A stretch of 52,707 nucleotides of DNA. Origin: Candidatus Limnocylindria bacterium (lineage in GTDB: Bacteria; Chloroflexota; Limnocylindria; QHBO01). A program made the position numbers and the translations under genes. The stretch spans positions 1 through 52,707 of the forward strand of contig DASSPJ010000044.1 in NCBI GenBank assembly GCA_035699665.1, in the 5' to 3' direction. Below the pieces are notes generated by a model that was given only the letters and a program-made list of their open reading frames with translations, had not been told where the DNA came from and made no database searches. This document shows, one piece after another, positions 10,321 through 19,391 of the stretch. Position 1 is the first letter of the stretch; the number at the start of each line of letters is the position of its first letter.

Positions 10321-11493
10321 TTATCGCCGCCTTAGCGGCGGCTTATCCGCGCGATCCGCGCGCTCGTAGCGGGCGGCCACGGACTCGCGCAGCGCGTCGA
10401 ACGTTCCATCGGCCAACACCGAACGGATGTTCGCCATCAGGCTCAGAGTATAGGTGACGTTGTGGACCGATGCGAGGCGATATGCGAGCAGCTCGCCGGC
10501 GCGGAACAGGTGTGCCAGGTAGGCCCGCGAATGGTTGGCGCAGGCCTCGCAGGCACACGCGGGGTCGATCGGTCCGGGGTCGTCCTGGAAGCGGGCGTTG
10601 CGCAGGTTCAGGCGCCCCTCGCTGGTCCACAGCTGGCCGTTGCGAGCGACCCGCGTCGGCAGCACGCAGTCGAACAGGTCGATCCCGCGCTCCACGGCGG
10701 TGAAGAAGTCGAGCGGCGACCCGACCCCCATCAGGTAGCGGACCCGTGGGTCGTCGCCGAGCGCCTCGCCCACCACGTCCAGGGTGGCGGCCATCTCCGC
10801 CTTCGACTCCCCCACCGAGAGGCCGCCGACCGCGATGCCATCGAAGGGCAGCCCGGCGATCGCCGCCGTCGAGGCCCGGCGCAGGGCCGGGTCCACGCCA
10901 CCCTGGATGATGCCGAACAGCGCCTGGTCGCGCCGGGAGCGCGCCCCGATCGAGCGCTCCGCCCACCGGTGCGTGCGCTCCATCGCAGCGGTCACCTCGG
11001 ACGCCGGGAGCCCGGGATCGACGAGCTGGTCGAGGGTCATCGCCACGTCGCTGCCGAGCAGCTCCTGGATCTCGATCGCACGCTCCGGCGTCAGCCGCTG
11101 CTCCGCTCCGTCGAGGTGGCTGGCGAACGTCACGCCGTCGTCGTCGACCCGGCGCAGATGGGCGAGGCTGAACACCTGGAAGCCACCCGAATCGGTCAGG
11201 ATCGGTCCGTCCCAGCCCATGAACCGATGCAGCCCGCCGAGGCGTGCGATGCGCTCGGCGGTGGGCCGCAGGCTCAGGTGGTACGTGTTGCCGAGGATCA
11301 TCTGCGCCCCGGCCGCGCGGAGGTCGCCGGGCGTGAGCGCCTTGACCGTCGCCTGCGTCCCGACCGGCATGAACTGCGGCGTGTCGACCGCGCCGTGCGG
11401 CGTCAGCAGCCGACCGAGGCGGGCACGTCGCGTGCGGGTCTGTCGAAAGGAGAAGGCGACCGGCCGGCTGTCGGTGGGGGGATGCGCCGTCAT
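10321..11493 (-). CDS. tgt: tRNA-guanine transglycosylase (queuine tRNA-ribosyltransferase)
   Basis: TPHGAVDTPQFMPVGTQATVK, LGNTYHL, TDSGGFQVFSL, zinc site CACEACANHSRAYLAHL. Start at ATG 11493 (alternative 11517). Confidence 0.9.
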   Translation of the reverse strand: MTAHPPTDSRPVAFSFRQTRTRRARLGRLLTPHGAVDTPQFMPVGTQATVKALTPGDLRAAGAQMILGNTYHLSLRPTAERIARLGGLHRFMGWDGPILTDSGGFQVFSLAHLRRVDDDGVTFASHLDGAEQRLTPERAIEIQELLGSDVAMTLDQLVDPGLPASEVTAAMERTHRWAERSIGARSRRDQALFGIIQGGVDPALRRASTAAIAGLPFDGIAVGGLSVGESKAEMAATLDVVGEALGDDPRVRYLMGVGSPLDFFTAVERGIDLFDCVLPTRVARNGQLWTSEGRLNLRNARFQDDPGPIDPACACEACANHSRAYLAHLFRAGELLAYRLASVHNVTYTLSLMANIRSVLADGTFDALRESVAARYERADRADKPPLRRR

Positions 11494-11563
11494 CGGCGAG
11501 AGGATAGGCTTTCCCATCTCACTACGAGGTACGGAGCGCGTGCGACTGGGCAACTGGCCGCGG

Positions 11564-12790
11564 ATGCCATACCTGAACGACGAGCTGCGCGAGTGGATCG
11601 CCGCCCAGCTGGCGACGCTCGGCGTCGACGAGATCGCCATCTACGCCGTCGACCCGCAGCGCGGCCAGGACGAGGAGCGTCGCGTCCTGGTGGCCACCGA
11701 GGTCGGCCTCATCGACGGCTGGTATGCGCCGCGCGGCGGCTCGTCGGCCCGCTACGGGTTCACCGCGCGGCTGTGGCCGTGGCAGGCGGTCCGCGGCGTC
11801 GACCTGCGCAGCGAGACCTACCGCGTCTGGGCCCTCGAGCACCGCACTCGCTGGTGGCTCCGCCTGGCGCGCCCGGCGTTCGAGTCGGAGACCGATGCGC
11901 CCGAGCTGGGCGCGGCGCTGTGCGACTTCGCCAAGGTCTGCGCCGTGATGGCCGAACCGGCCGGCTGGCAGGCCGTGCAGGAGGAGGTTCCCGCGCGCCG
12001 CGAGGGAGGTCTGCGCGTGGTTCCGGCCCCGACCGAGCTCCCGCCCGAGGCCGGGACCGATGTCGAGGCGGTCGCGCCGACCGGGCGCCCCCTCGTACCG
12101 CCGCCGGTGATTGCGGCCATGACCTCGCCCGCACAACCGCAGCCGATCCAAGCCGCCGAGCCGCCTGCCGAGCTCGAGGCTGTCCGTGGCGAGGGTGACG
12201 AGGGCGCGTCAGATGAGCCCGAGCCCGAGCCGGAGCCCGATCTGCTCGACGAGGCGACCACCGAGCGAGAGCCCGAGGAACCGGACGCGGCGGCGACGGA
12301 CGGCGAGCCCGCCGTGGAGCAGCCAGAGGAGCCGCCACCGGACGACCATGCCGCGGCGCAGACCGACGGGCAGACGCCGACCGCCGCCGACCTGTCGGAG
12401 GAGGGGCACGGACCGCGGCTGCCGTCGATGCTCGGTCCACTGGCCACGCGACGCGAGGCGCGCGCCCGCGAGCGCGAGCAGCGGGCGGAGCGCGAGGCGC
12501 GCGCGGAGCGCGAGCGCGAGCAGCGGGCGGAGCGCGAGGGCCTCGATCGGGAGGAGCGCGCCGACCACGAGGCCGAGGCGGCCGCGAGCCCGGTCGCCGT
12601 GGCGGTGAACGTCTGGGAGCCGGCCGACGAGGAACCGGCGGCCGATCCGCAGGCGGCCCCCGCGCCGGAGCTGCCGCCCGGCGAGGAGCCGATCAACCTC
12701 GACGCCTACCTTCCCGGCGAGGAGCCCATCAACCTGGACGACTACGACCCCGATCCGCTCGGGCTCGATGGGCCGACCCGCCGCCGCTGA
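11564..12790 (+). CDS. hypothetical protein: about 130-aa N-terminal globular domain plus a long acidic/Pro-rich tail with internal repeats
   Basis: C-terminal part of ORF 10784..12790 (the upstream part is antisense to tgt). ATG 11564 (MPYLNDELREW), alternative GTG 11540. High GC3 throughout. No family recognised. Confidence 0.6.
   Translation: MPYLNDELREWIAAQLATLGVDEIAIYAVDPQRGQDEERRVLVATEVGLIDGWYAPRGGSSARYGFTARLWPWQAVRGVDLRSETYRVWALEHRTRWWLRLARPAFESETDAPELGAALCDFAKVCAVMAEPAGWQAVQEEVPARREGGLRVVPAPTELPPEAGTDVEAVAPTGRPLVPPPVIAAMTSPAQPQPIQAAEPPAELEAVRGEGDEGASDEPEPEPEPDLLDEATTEREPEEPDAAATDGEPAVEQPEEPPPDDHAAAQTDGQTPTAADLSEEGHGPRLPSMLGPLATRREARAREREQRAEREARAEREREQRAEREGLDREERADHEAEAAASPVAVAVNVWEPADEEPAADPQAAPAPELPPGEEPINLDAYLPGEEPINLDDYDPDPLGLDGPTRRR
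12470..12539 (+). repeat. 42-nt-period direct repeat (GAGCGCGAGCAGCGGGCGGAGCGCGAGG x2) encoding the charged REREQRAEREARAE repeat
   Basis: Identical 28-nt copies at 12470-12497 and 12512-12539, inside the CDS 11564..12790. Confidence 0.8.
12677..12745 (+). repeat. 36-nt-period tandem repeat encoding PGEEPINLD(A/D)Y twice
   Basis: Copies at 12677-12709 and 12713-12745 differ at a few mostly synonymous positions. They lie at the C-terminus of CDS 11564..12790. Confidence 0.8.
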
Positions 12791-12791
12791 C

Positions 12792-13868
12792 TCAGAGGAT
12801 CAGCATCGCGTCGCCGAAGCTGAAGAAGCGGTACCCCGCGCCGAGCGCCGTCGCATAGGCGGCGAGCAGCGTGTCCCGCGCCTCGAGCGGCGTGGCCGGC
12901 ACGCCCATGCCGGCCTGCACGAAGGCCGTGACCAGGAGCAGCAGCGAGCTGCGCGGCAGGTGGAAGTTCGTCACCAGCGCGTCGACCGCGGCGAAGCGAT
13001 GGGGCGGGGTGATGTACAGGTCGCTCCACCCGTCAGACGCCCCATCGCGCGCGGCGGTCTCGAGCACGCGCACGCTCGTGGTGCCGATCGCCACCACGCG
13101 GCCGCCGGACCGATGCGCCGCGGCGATCGCGGCGGTGGTCTGCGCCGGCACGCGGTACCACTCGCGGTGGATGCGGTGCTCGTCGACGAAGTCGCCCTCC
13201 AGCGGCCGAAACGTGTCGAGCCCGACGTGCAGCGTGACCGACCGCCACGCGATGCCCTGCGCCGCCAGCTCGTCGAGCAGGCGCGGCGTGAAATGCAGTC
13301 CCGCGGTCGGTGCCGCCGCCGAGCCAGGGGGCTCGGCATAGACCGTCTGGTACCGCTCTGCCGGTGCGGAACGGTCCTGGATGTAGGGCGGCAGCGGCAT
13401 CTCGCCCGCCTCGGCCATGACGGCCAGCGCATCGCGCGCGAAGCGCACCACGCGGATCCCGTCGCCGAGCCGCTCCCCCACCTCGACCGGCTCGCCGGTG
13501 GCGAGGCGGAGCCGCGTGCCTTCCGCCAGGCGCCGGCCCGGCCGGACGAGCGCCTCCCAGGCGAGGGGGTCGGCGTCGCCGTGCGGGCGGAGCACCAGCA
13601 CCTCGGCCGCGCCGCCGCCGGCGCGCGTCGCCGGCAGCCGGGCCGGGATGACGCGGCTGTCGTTGACCACCAGCAGGTCACCACGCCGCAGCCATGTGCC
13701 GATGTCGCGGAACCTGGCGTGGGAGAGCGCCGGCGCCCCCGGCCGGGAGGCCGCGCGATCCAGGACCAGCAGGCGCGAGGCGTCGCGCGGCTCGGCGGGC
13801 ACCTGCGCGATCGCCGTCGCCGGCAGGTCGTAGTCGAAGTCGTCGACGCGAAGGCGGGACTCGCTCAT
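12792..13868 (-). CDS. queA: S-adenosylmethionine:tRNA ribosyltransferase-isomerase
   Basis: ATG 13868 (MSESRLRVDDFDYDLPATAIAQVPAEPRDASRLLVL), a typical QueA N-terminus. The C-terminal part has GTTSVR and NFHLPRSSLLLLV. Confidence 0.9.
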   Translation of the reverse strand: MSESRLRVDDFDYDLPATAIAQVPAEPRDASRLLVLDRAASRPGAPALSHARFRDIGTWLRRGDLLVVNDSRVIPARLPATRAGGGAAEVLVLRPHGDADPLAWEALVRPGRRLAEGTRLRLATGEPVEVGERLGDGIRVVRFARDALAVMAEAGEMPLPPYIQDRSAPAERYQTVYAEPPGSAAAPTAGLHFTPRLLDELAAQGIAWRSVTLHVGLDTFRPLEGDFVDEHRIHREWYRVPAQTTAAIAAAHRSGGRVVAIGTTSVRVLETAARDGASDGWSDLYITPPHRFAAVDALVTNFHLPRSSLLLLVTAFVQAGMGVPATPLEARDTLLAAYATALGAGYRFFSFGDAMLIL

Positions 13869-13930
13869 GCGACCCGCAGCGTAGCGCCCGGCCGGACGAG
13901 CCGGCCGGGCGCCATCGGTGTCGTGAACCG

Positions 13931-15331
13931 TCAGATGACGGAGTTGAGCCAGGCCTGGGCGAAGTACACGATGAACGCGAGCGACACGACCCACAGCAGC
14001 GGGTGCACGGCGCCGGCCTTGCCGCGGACCAGCTTGACGAGGACGTACGTCACGAACGCCGCGCCGATCCCGACCGTGATGTTGTAGGTCAATGGCATGA
14101 GCACGATGCCGAGCAGTGCCGGGAGGCCCTCCTCGACGTCGGCGAAGTCGATGTCCTTGATCAGCGTGGCCATCAGGTAGCCGACGACCACCAGCACCGG
14201 GCCGGTGGCCGCGAAGGGCACCATGCTGGCCAGCGGGGTGACGAACACCGCCAGCAGGAACAGGACGCCGGTGACGACGGCGGTGAGGCCGGTGCGACCG
14301 CCCTCGGCGACGCCCGCGGCACTCTCGATGTAGCTCGTGTTGGAGCTGATCCCAGCGGCGCCGCCGGCCGCGGCGGCAACGGAGTCGACGAGCAGCACGC
14401 GGTTGATGCCGGGGACGCGGCCGTCCTCGGTGGCCAGCCCCGCCTGCTCGGCGATGGCGGTGGCGGTGCCCATGGTGTCGAAGAAGTCGGTGAGCATGAT
14501 CGCGAAGATCGTCAGCGCCGCGGCCAGCGCACCGATCCTCCAGACCTCGGTGACGTCGAACTGCCCGAGCGTCGAGAAGTCGGGCACGAAGCTCATGTCG
14601 GTCGGGAGCTCAGTCTCGCCGAGCAGGAAGGCGAGGATCGAGATGATGATGATGCTGATCAGCAGGGCCGCTCGGACCTTCATCACGAACAGCACGATGG
14701 TGAGCAGCAGCCCGAGCAAGAAGAGCCACTGCGGCGTCGCATTCGGGAAGACGAACTGCACGACCGGCGTCCCGGCGCCGATGAGGCCGCCGTCGACGAA
14801 GCCGATGAACAGGATGAACAGGCCGATGCCGACGCCGATCGCCCGCTTCAGGGCCAGCGGCACGGCATCCATGATCGCCTCGCGCAGGCCGACGATCACC
14901 AGGATCAGGACGATGAGGCCCTCGAGGACGATGACCCCCATCGCGCCGGCGGGGCTCAGGCCCAGCCCCAGGACCAGGGTGAAGGCCACGATGGCGTTGA
15001 TCCCGAGCCCGGCAGCGAGCGCGATCGGGTAGTTGGAGACGAGGCCCATGGCGATCGTCAGCACGCCCGCCAGCAGCGCCGTCCCGGCGCTGGCGGCGAC
15101 GATGAACGCGCCACGCTCCGCCTCCGGGAACATGTTCGACAGGATGACCGGGTTGAGGAAGATGATGTACGCCATCACCAGGAACGTGGTGACGCCGGCC
15201 CGCACCTCGGTGCCGACGCTGGTCCCCCGTTCGGTGAGCTTGAAGTAGGAGTCGAGCCCGCCGCCACTGGGCGGCGCCTCCTCGGTCCGTCTAGCCTCCA
15301 CTGCCACGCGGGCACCCTCCGATGCGGGCAC
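13931..15331 (-). CDS. NCS2/AzgA-family purine (adenine/guanine/hypoxanthine) permease
   Basis: LDSYFKLTERGTSVGTEVRAGVTTFLVMAYIIFLNP plus a multi-TM body. The track start 15331 is a GTG. A GTG at 15307 with a GGAGGG SD is an alternative. Confidence 0.85.
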   Translation of the reverse strand: MPASEGARVAVEARRTEEAPPSGGGLDSYFKLTERGTSVGTEVRAGVTTFLVMAYIIFLNPVILSNMFPEAERGAFIVAASAGTALLAGVLTIAMGLVSNYPIALAAGLGINAIVAFTLVLGLGLSPAGAMGVIVLEGLIVLILVIVGLREAIMDAVPLALKRAIGVGIGLFILFIGFVDGGLIGAGTPVVQFVFPNATPQWLFLLGLLLTIVLFVMKVRAALLISIIIISILAFLLGETELPTDMSFVPDFSTLGQFDVTEVWRIGALAAALTIFAIMLTDFFDTMGTATAIAEQAGLATEDGRVPGINRVLLVDSVAAAAGGAAGISSNTSYIESAAGVAEGGRTGLTAVVTGVLFLLAVFVTPLASMVPFAATGPVLVVVGYLMATLIKDIDFADVEEGLPALLGIVLMPLTYNITVGIGAAFVTYVLVKLVRGKAGAVHPLLWVVSLAFIVYFAQAWLNSVI

Positions 15332-15419
15332 AACCGGCCCGGCACCATGCCGGACCGGTGCCGCGGCGCAGCCTACTCCGCGGCCGGTCGCCCCGCGTGC
15401 CGTTTTCGCGCAGCGCGGG

Positions 15420-15635
15420 TCACCGCCGCAGGAAGAGGTTGATCAGGATGGTGAGGACCACGCTCACCACGATCATGGTGACGATCGGCACGTAGATCCC
15501 GCCCCGCTCGCCCTCGATGGCGATGTCGCCCGGCAGGCGACCGAACGGCAGGCGCACGCCGAGCGCGGCGAGCCCGCCGACGACGACCAGCACCAGCCCG
15601 ACCACCAGGAGCACGCGTCCGATCTCGGGGCTCAT
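15420..15635 (-). CDS. DUF2905 family small membrane protein
   Basis: ATG 15635. 71 aa, MSPEIGRVLLVVGLVLVVVGGL...LPGDIAIEGERGGIYVPIVTMIVVSVVLTILINLFLRR. This is a typical DUF2905 sequence, and the family is often found next to ruvB/queA. Confidence 0.7.
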   Translation of the reverse strand: MSPEIGRVLLVVGLVLVVVGGLAALGVRLPFGRLPGDIAIEGERGGIYVPIVTMIVVSVVLTILINLFLRR

Positions 15636-15708
15636 CTGCTGCGTTCGCCTCGTGCGCGGACAGACGCATTGCTCGTCGCCTGCCCGATGCGGATGGTAGC
15701 GTGCTCGC

Positions 15709-16182
15709 ATGCGACGGATGTTGGTCGTGCTGGCGACCGCTGGCGTGCTGGCCGGCTGCCAGCTGCTCCAGTTCCCATCCGCGTCCCCCGAGCCATCGGG
15801 CACGGCGCGCCTGTGCACGATGATCGGCTGCGAGAACGGGGTGACGTTCGTGCTCGACGTCGACCTCCTGGCGGAGACCGCCTACGACGTCGAGGCCTGC
15901 TTCGACGGTCGTTGTGAGCGCCAGGTGCTGCGCGTCCCGCCGCCCACCGACGGCCCGTTCACGGGCATCACGCTCGGCAACGTCGGACTCGACACCGGCG
16001 CGGACACGATCCGCCTGCGGCTGGGCGAGGGCTCGTTCGAGGGGTCGCACGAGGTGAGCGTGAAGGTCCTGCTCGATGGCGCCACGCTGGTCGACGCGCG
16101 GGCCACCACCGAGCTCACCCCCACGCGACCGAACGGTCCGGAATGCGAGCCGCTGTGCTGGGGTGCCGAGGTCCGCGTCTAG
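15709..16182 (+). CDS. hypothetical lipoprotein
   Basis: Signal peptide with lipobox MRRMLVVLATAGVLAGC. Cys-rich mature part. No family recognised. Convergent CTAG stop overlap with ruvB. Confidence 0.6.
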   Translation: MRRMLVVLATAGVLAGCQLLQFPSASPEPSGTARLCTMIGCENGVTFVLDVDLLAETAYDVEACFDGRCERQVLRVPPPTDGPFTGITLGNVGLDTGADTIRLRLGEGSFEGSHEVSVKVLLDGATLVDARATTELTPTRPNGPECEPLCWGAEVRV

Positions 16183-17228
16183 CCGTCGAACAGGCCGGGC
16201 TGGACCGATGGCGCCGCCGCTCCCGCCGGCGGCGTGAGCCCCAGGTGCTGCCAGCCGGTGGGGGTGAGCTGGCGTCCCCGTGGCGTGCGGGCCAGCAGCC
16301 CGATCTGCATGAGGTACGGCTCCACCACGTCCTCGATCGTCTCGATCGGCTCGCTGACCGTTGCGGCCATGGTGGCCAGGCCGACCGGCCCTCCGCCGTG
16401 GTGCTCGGCCATCACCCGCAGCAGCTGGCGATCCATGGCGTCGAGCCCGCGCTCGTCGATCTCGAGGAGGGCGAGCGCATCGGTCGCGGCCTCGAGGGTG
16501 ACGCGGCCGGCGGCGCTGCCACGGACCTGGGCGTAGTCGCGCACCCGCTTCAGCAGCCGGTTGGCGATGCGGGGCGTGCCGCGCGAGCGCCCGGCCACCA
16601 GCGTCGCGGCGTCATCGGTCAGGTCGACGTCCAGCAGCGACGCCGAGCGGCGCAGGATGCGCTCGAGCTCGGCCTGGGTGTAGTAGTCGAGCCGGTACGT
16701 GGCGCCGAACCGGTCGCGCAGGGGGCCGGTGATGCTCCCCACGCGGGTCGTGGCGCCGATCACCGTGACGTGCTCGATCTGGAGCCGGACCGTCCGCGCG
16801 CCCGGGCCCTTGCCGAGGACGACGTCGAGGGCATAGTCCTCCATCGCCGGGTACAGGATCTCCTCGACCGCGTGGCTCAGGCGGTGGATCTCGTCGATGA
16901 ACAGGACGTCGCCGGCCGCGAGGCCGGTGAGGATGGCGGCCAGGTCCCCGGCGCGCTCGATGGCCGGCCCCGAGGTGGTGCGGATCTGGGCCCCCATCTC
17001 GGCCGCCACGATGTTGGCGAGGGTCGTCTTCCCGAGCCCCGGCGGCCCGTACAGCAGGACGTGGTCGACCGGCTCGTCGCGGTGACGGGCCGCATCGATC
17101 AGGATCGCCAGGTTCTGCTTCACGCGGTCCTGCCCGGCGAACTCGTCGAGTCGCCTCGGCCGGACCGTTGACTCGAGGGTGCGCTCCTCCTCGGCGATCT
17201 CCGCGCTGGTGACGCGCTCGATGGTCAT
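16179..17228 (-). CDS. ruvB: Holliday junction branch migration ATPase RuvB
   Basis: ATG 17228 (MTIERV...) in frame inside the 1153-aa track ORF. LDEFAGQDRVK, Walker A GPPGLGKTT, FIDEIHRL, sensor regions and the C-terminal winged helix. Confidence 0.95.
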   Translation of the reverse strand: MTIERVTSAEIAEEERTLESTVRPRRLDEFAGQDRVKQNLAILIDAARHRDEPVDHVLLYGPPGLGKTTLANIVAAEMGAQIRTTSGPAIERAGDLAAILTGLAAGDVLFIDEIHRLSHAVEEILYPAMEDYALDVVLGKGPGARTVRLQIEHVTVIGATTRVGSITGPLRDRFGATYRLDYYTQAELERILRRSASLLDVDLTDDAATLVAGRSRGTPRIANRLLKRVRDYAQVRGSAAGRVTLEAATDALALLEIDERGLDAMDRQLLRVMAEHHGGGPVGLATMAATVSEPIETIEDVVEPYLMQIGLLARTPRGRQLTPTGWQHLGLTPPAGAAAPSVQPGLFDG

Positions 17229-17299
17229 CGGCCGACGCCCGGCGCACACAGGAACATGCGACCGATTGTAGGCGACCCCGGCGGTGCTCCCACCGGCCA

Positions 17300-17881
17300 T
17301 CAATCCGCGCCGAGGCCCGCCAGGTCGTCGGGCGTGTCGATGTCGGGGACGTGGTCCGGCACCTCCACCGCGGTCACCCATTCGGGGTGCGCCGCGAGGA
17401 GCGAGCGGAGCCCCTCGTCGCCGGTGGCGGCCTCCACCAGGTGGAAGTGCGACCGCTCGATCAGGACCGGCGGCGCAGCGTGCCCGCCGGCGTGGGCGGC
17501 CACGATGGGCCGGTCCCCGCGGCCGGCGACCACGGCCGCGATCCGCTCCGCCCGCAGCGTGGGCTGGTCCCCGAGCAGGATGACGGCCGCGTCGACGGTC
17601 GCCGGGAGGGCCGCGAACCCCAGCCGCAGCGAGTGGCTGACGCCACGTCCCGGATGCGGGTTGCGCACCCAGCGCAGCCGCTGGTCGTCCCAGTCGCGGG
17701 GCCGGCTCAGCCAGACCGGCACGACCGCCACGATCGGCTCGAGGCCGGCGTCGAGCGCCCCGAGCAGCACGTGCTCGAGGATGGTCCGTCCCCGGTGCAC
17801 GGCGAGCTGCTTGCGCCCGCCGAAGCGCCGCGACTCGCCCGCCGCCAGGATGACCGCCGCCACCCCACCTCGCGTATCCAT
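17300..17881 (-). CDS. mocA: MobA-like NTP transferase (molybdenum cofactor cytidylyltransferase, MocA-like)
   Basis: ATG 17881. AAVILAAGESRRFGGRKQL ... LLGDQP motifs of the MobA/MocA nucleotidyltransferase fold. Located in a xanthine dehydrogenase neighbourhood. Confidence 0.7.
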   Translation of the reverse strand: MDTRGGVAAVILAAGESRRFGGRKQLAVHRGRTILEHVLLGALDAGLEPIVAVVPVWLSRPRDWDDQRLRWVRNPHPGRGVSHSLRLGFAALPATVDAAVILLGDQPTLRAERIAAVVAGRGDRPIVAAHAGGHAAPPVLIERSHFHLVEAATGDEGLRSLLAAHPEWVTAVEVPDHVPDIDTPDDLAGLGAD

Positions 17882-17904
17882 CGGTCCATATACTGCCGCT
17901 GGTG

Positions 17905-18042
17905 ATGCCCGAGCCGGACGCCTGCGACGCGATCCCGAAGGTGGAGCTCCACTGCCACGTGGAGGGCGCCGTCCGGCCGGCGACGGTCGTCGAGCGGGCG
18001 GACCTCGAGCGCGCCATCGCGGCGATCGACCCGCCGGCGTGA
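17905..18042 (+). pseudogene. 45-codon relic of an adenosine deaminase N-terminus, retained as a short ORF overlapping the guaD start
   Basis: ATG 17905 to TGA 18040-18042. The translation MPEPDACDAIPKVELHCHVEGAVRPATVVE... carries the ADA metal-binding signature (PKxELHxHxxGxxRPxT) and then terminates. Too short for the ORF track. Confidence 0.45.
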
Positions 18043-19391
18043 CCGTCGCGCTTCCCGCGCGCGGACCGTTCGCGCTCCGCTGCCGGCTCCTCACCCCGCT
18101 CGCCGACGCGGGCCACCGCTGGGAGCCCGACGCGCTCATCGAGGTCGACGCCGCGGGGCGCATCGTCAGCGCCGGCGCCTGGGCGGGGCGGGACGCGGGA
18201 CCCGGGACGGTCGACGTGCGCCCGTGGGTGGTCATGCCGGGCCTCGTCGACCTGCATGCCCACCTGCCGCAGCTGCCCAACGTCGGACGCGGGGCGGGGC
18301 TCGACCTCCTGACCTGGCTCGACCGCTACATCTTCCCGCTCGAGCGCGGCTTCGACCGCTCGACCGCCGAGCGGCTGGCGCCCGCCGCGTTCCGTGCCTT
18401 CGCCGCGGCCGGGACCACGACCGTGGTGCTCTACGGGGCCGTGTACCAGGACTCCCTGGACGCCGCGTTCGAGGCAGCGGAGGCGCACGGCATTCGGGCC
18501 GCGATCGGCAAGGTGATGATGGATCGCCTGCGCTACGACCCCAGCCTGGCCGATGCCGACGTGCTCGACACCTCGCTGCGCCAGAGCGTGGACCTGATCG
18601 CGCGATGGCACGGCCGTGACGACGGCCGGCTGCGATACGCGGTGACGCCGCGGTTCGCCGTCTCCTGCTCGGCCGACATGCTGCGCGAGTCCGCCGCGCT
18701 GGCGGCGGCGACCGGCACGTACTGGCAGACGCACCTCGCGGAGGATGCGGGCGAGATCGCCGAGGTGCGGCGCCTCTTCCCGGAGGCGACCGACTACACC
18801 GATGTCTACGACCGCGCCGGCGGCCTGGGGCCGCGCTCCCTGCTCGCCCACGCCGTCCACCTCGGCGACCGTGAGCTGGCGCGCCTCGTCGAGACCGGCT
18901 CGCACGTCGCGCACTGCCCCGCCTCGAACCTGTTCCTCGCTTCGGGCGCGATGCCGCTGGCGCGCTACCTGGAGGCCGGCCTCTCGGTGGGGCTCGGCTC
19001 GGACGTGGCGGCCGGGCCCGACGTGTCGCTGTTCGGCGTCATGCGCGCCGGCGCCTACACCCAGAACGGGCGTCGCGCGATGCTCGGCGACCCCGAGCCA
19101 CCGATCTCCCCCCTCGGCTGGCTGGCCCTCGGAAGCCTCGGCGGAGCGCTGGCGCTCGGGCTCGGCGACGAGATCGGCTCCATCGAGGCGGGCAAGGAGG
19201 CGGACCTCATCTGCGTCGACCCCTCCCTCACCGATCCGCTCCCCGGGGTGGCCCTGCCGCCGGCCGACCCGCATGACGAGGCGGCCGACATCGCGTCGCG
19301 GCTCATCTTCCGCAGCCACCGCGAGATGGTGCGTGGCGCCTGGGTCCGCGGCCGCCTGCTCGACGGTCCCGGCGGCGCCGTTGATGCCTGA
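18039..19391 (+). CDS. guaD: guanine deaminase-type amidohydrolase (COG0402 class; 8-oxoguanine or related deaminase not excluded)
   Basis: GTG 18039, in frame with ORF 17256..19391. PGLVDLHAHLPQ metal motif, THLAE, HAVHL, LGSDVAAG. About 450 aa, typical of the family. Confidence 0.8.
   Translation: MTVALPARGPFALRCRLLTPLADAGHRWEPDALIEVDAAGRIVSAGAWAGRDAGPGTVDVRPWVVMPGLVDLHAHLPQLPNVGRGAGLDLLTWLDRYIFPLERGFDRSTAERLAPAAFRAFAAAGTTTVVLYGAVYQDSLDAAFEAAEAHGIRAAIGKVMMDRLRYDPSLADADVLDTSLRQSVDLIARWHGRDDGRLRYAVTPRFAVSCSADMLRESAALAAATGTYWQTHLAEDAGEIAEVRRLFPEATDYTDVYDRAGGLGPRSLLAHAVHLGDRELARLVETGSHVAHCPASNLFLASGAMPLARYLEAGLSVGLGSDVAAGPDVSLFGVMRAGAYTQNGRRAMLGDPEPPISPLGWLALGSLGGALALGLGDEIGSIEAGKEADLICVDPSLTDPLPGVALPPADPHDEAADIASRLIFRSHREMVRGAWVRGRLLDGPGGAVDA

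Noticed and set aside
15332-15419. Possible purine riboswitch upstream of the purine permease
   Set aside because: The upstream gap is only about 88 nt, and I could not find the conserved guanine/adenine riboswitch core by eye. An Infernal scan would be decisive.
13694-15442. 582-aa plus-strand ORF. The 608-aa minus-strand ORF 31731..33557 is a similar case.
   Set aside because: They are antisense to the NCS2 permease and to malate synthase. The sequences are highly charged or low complexity with no domains.
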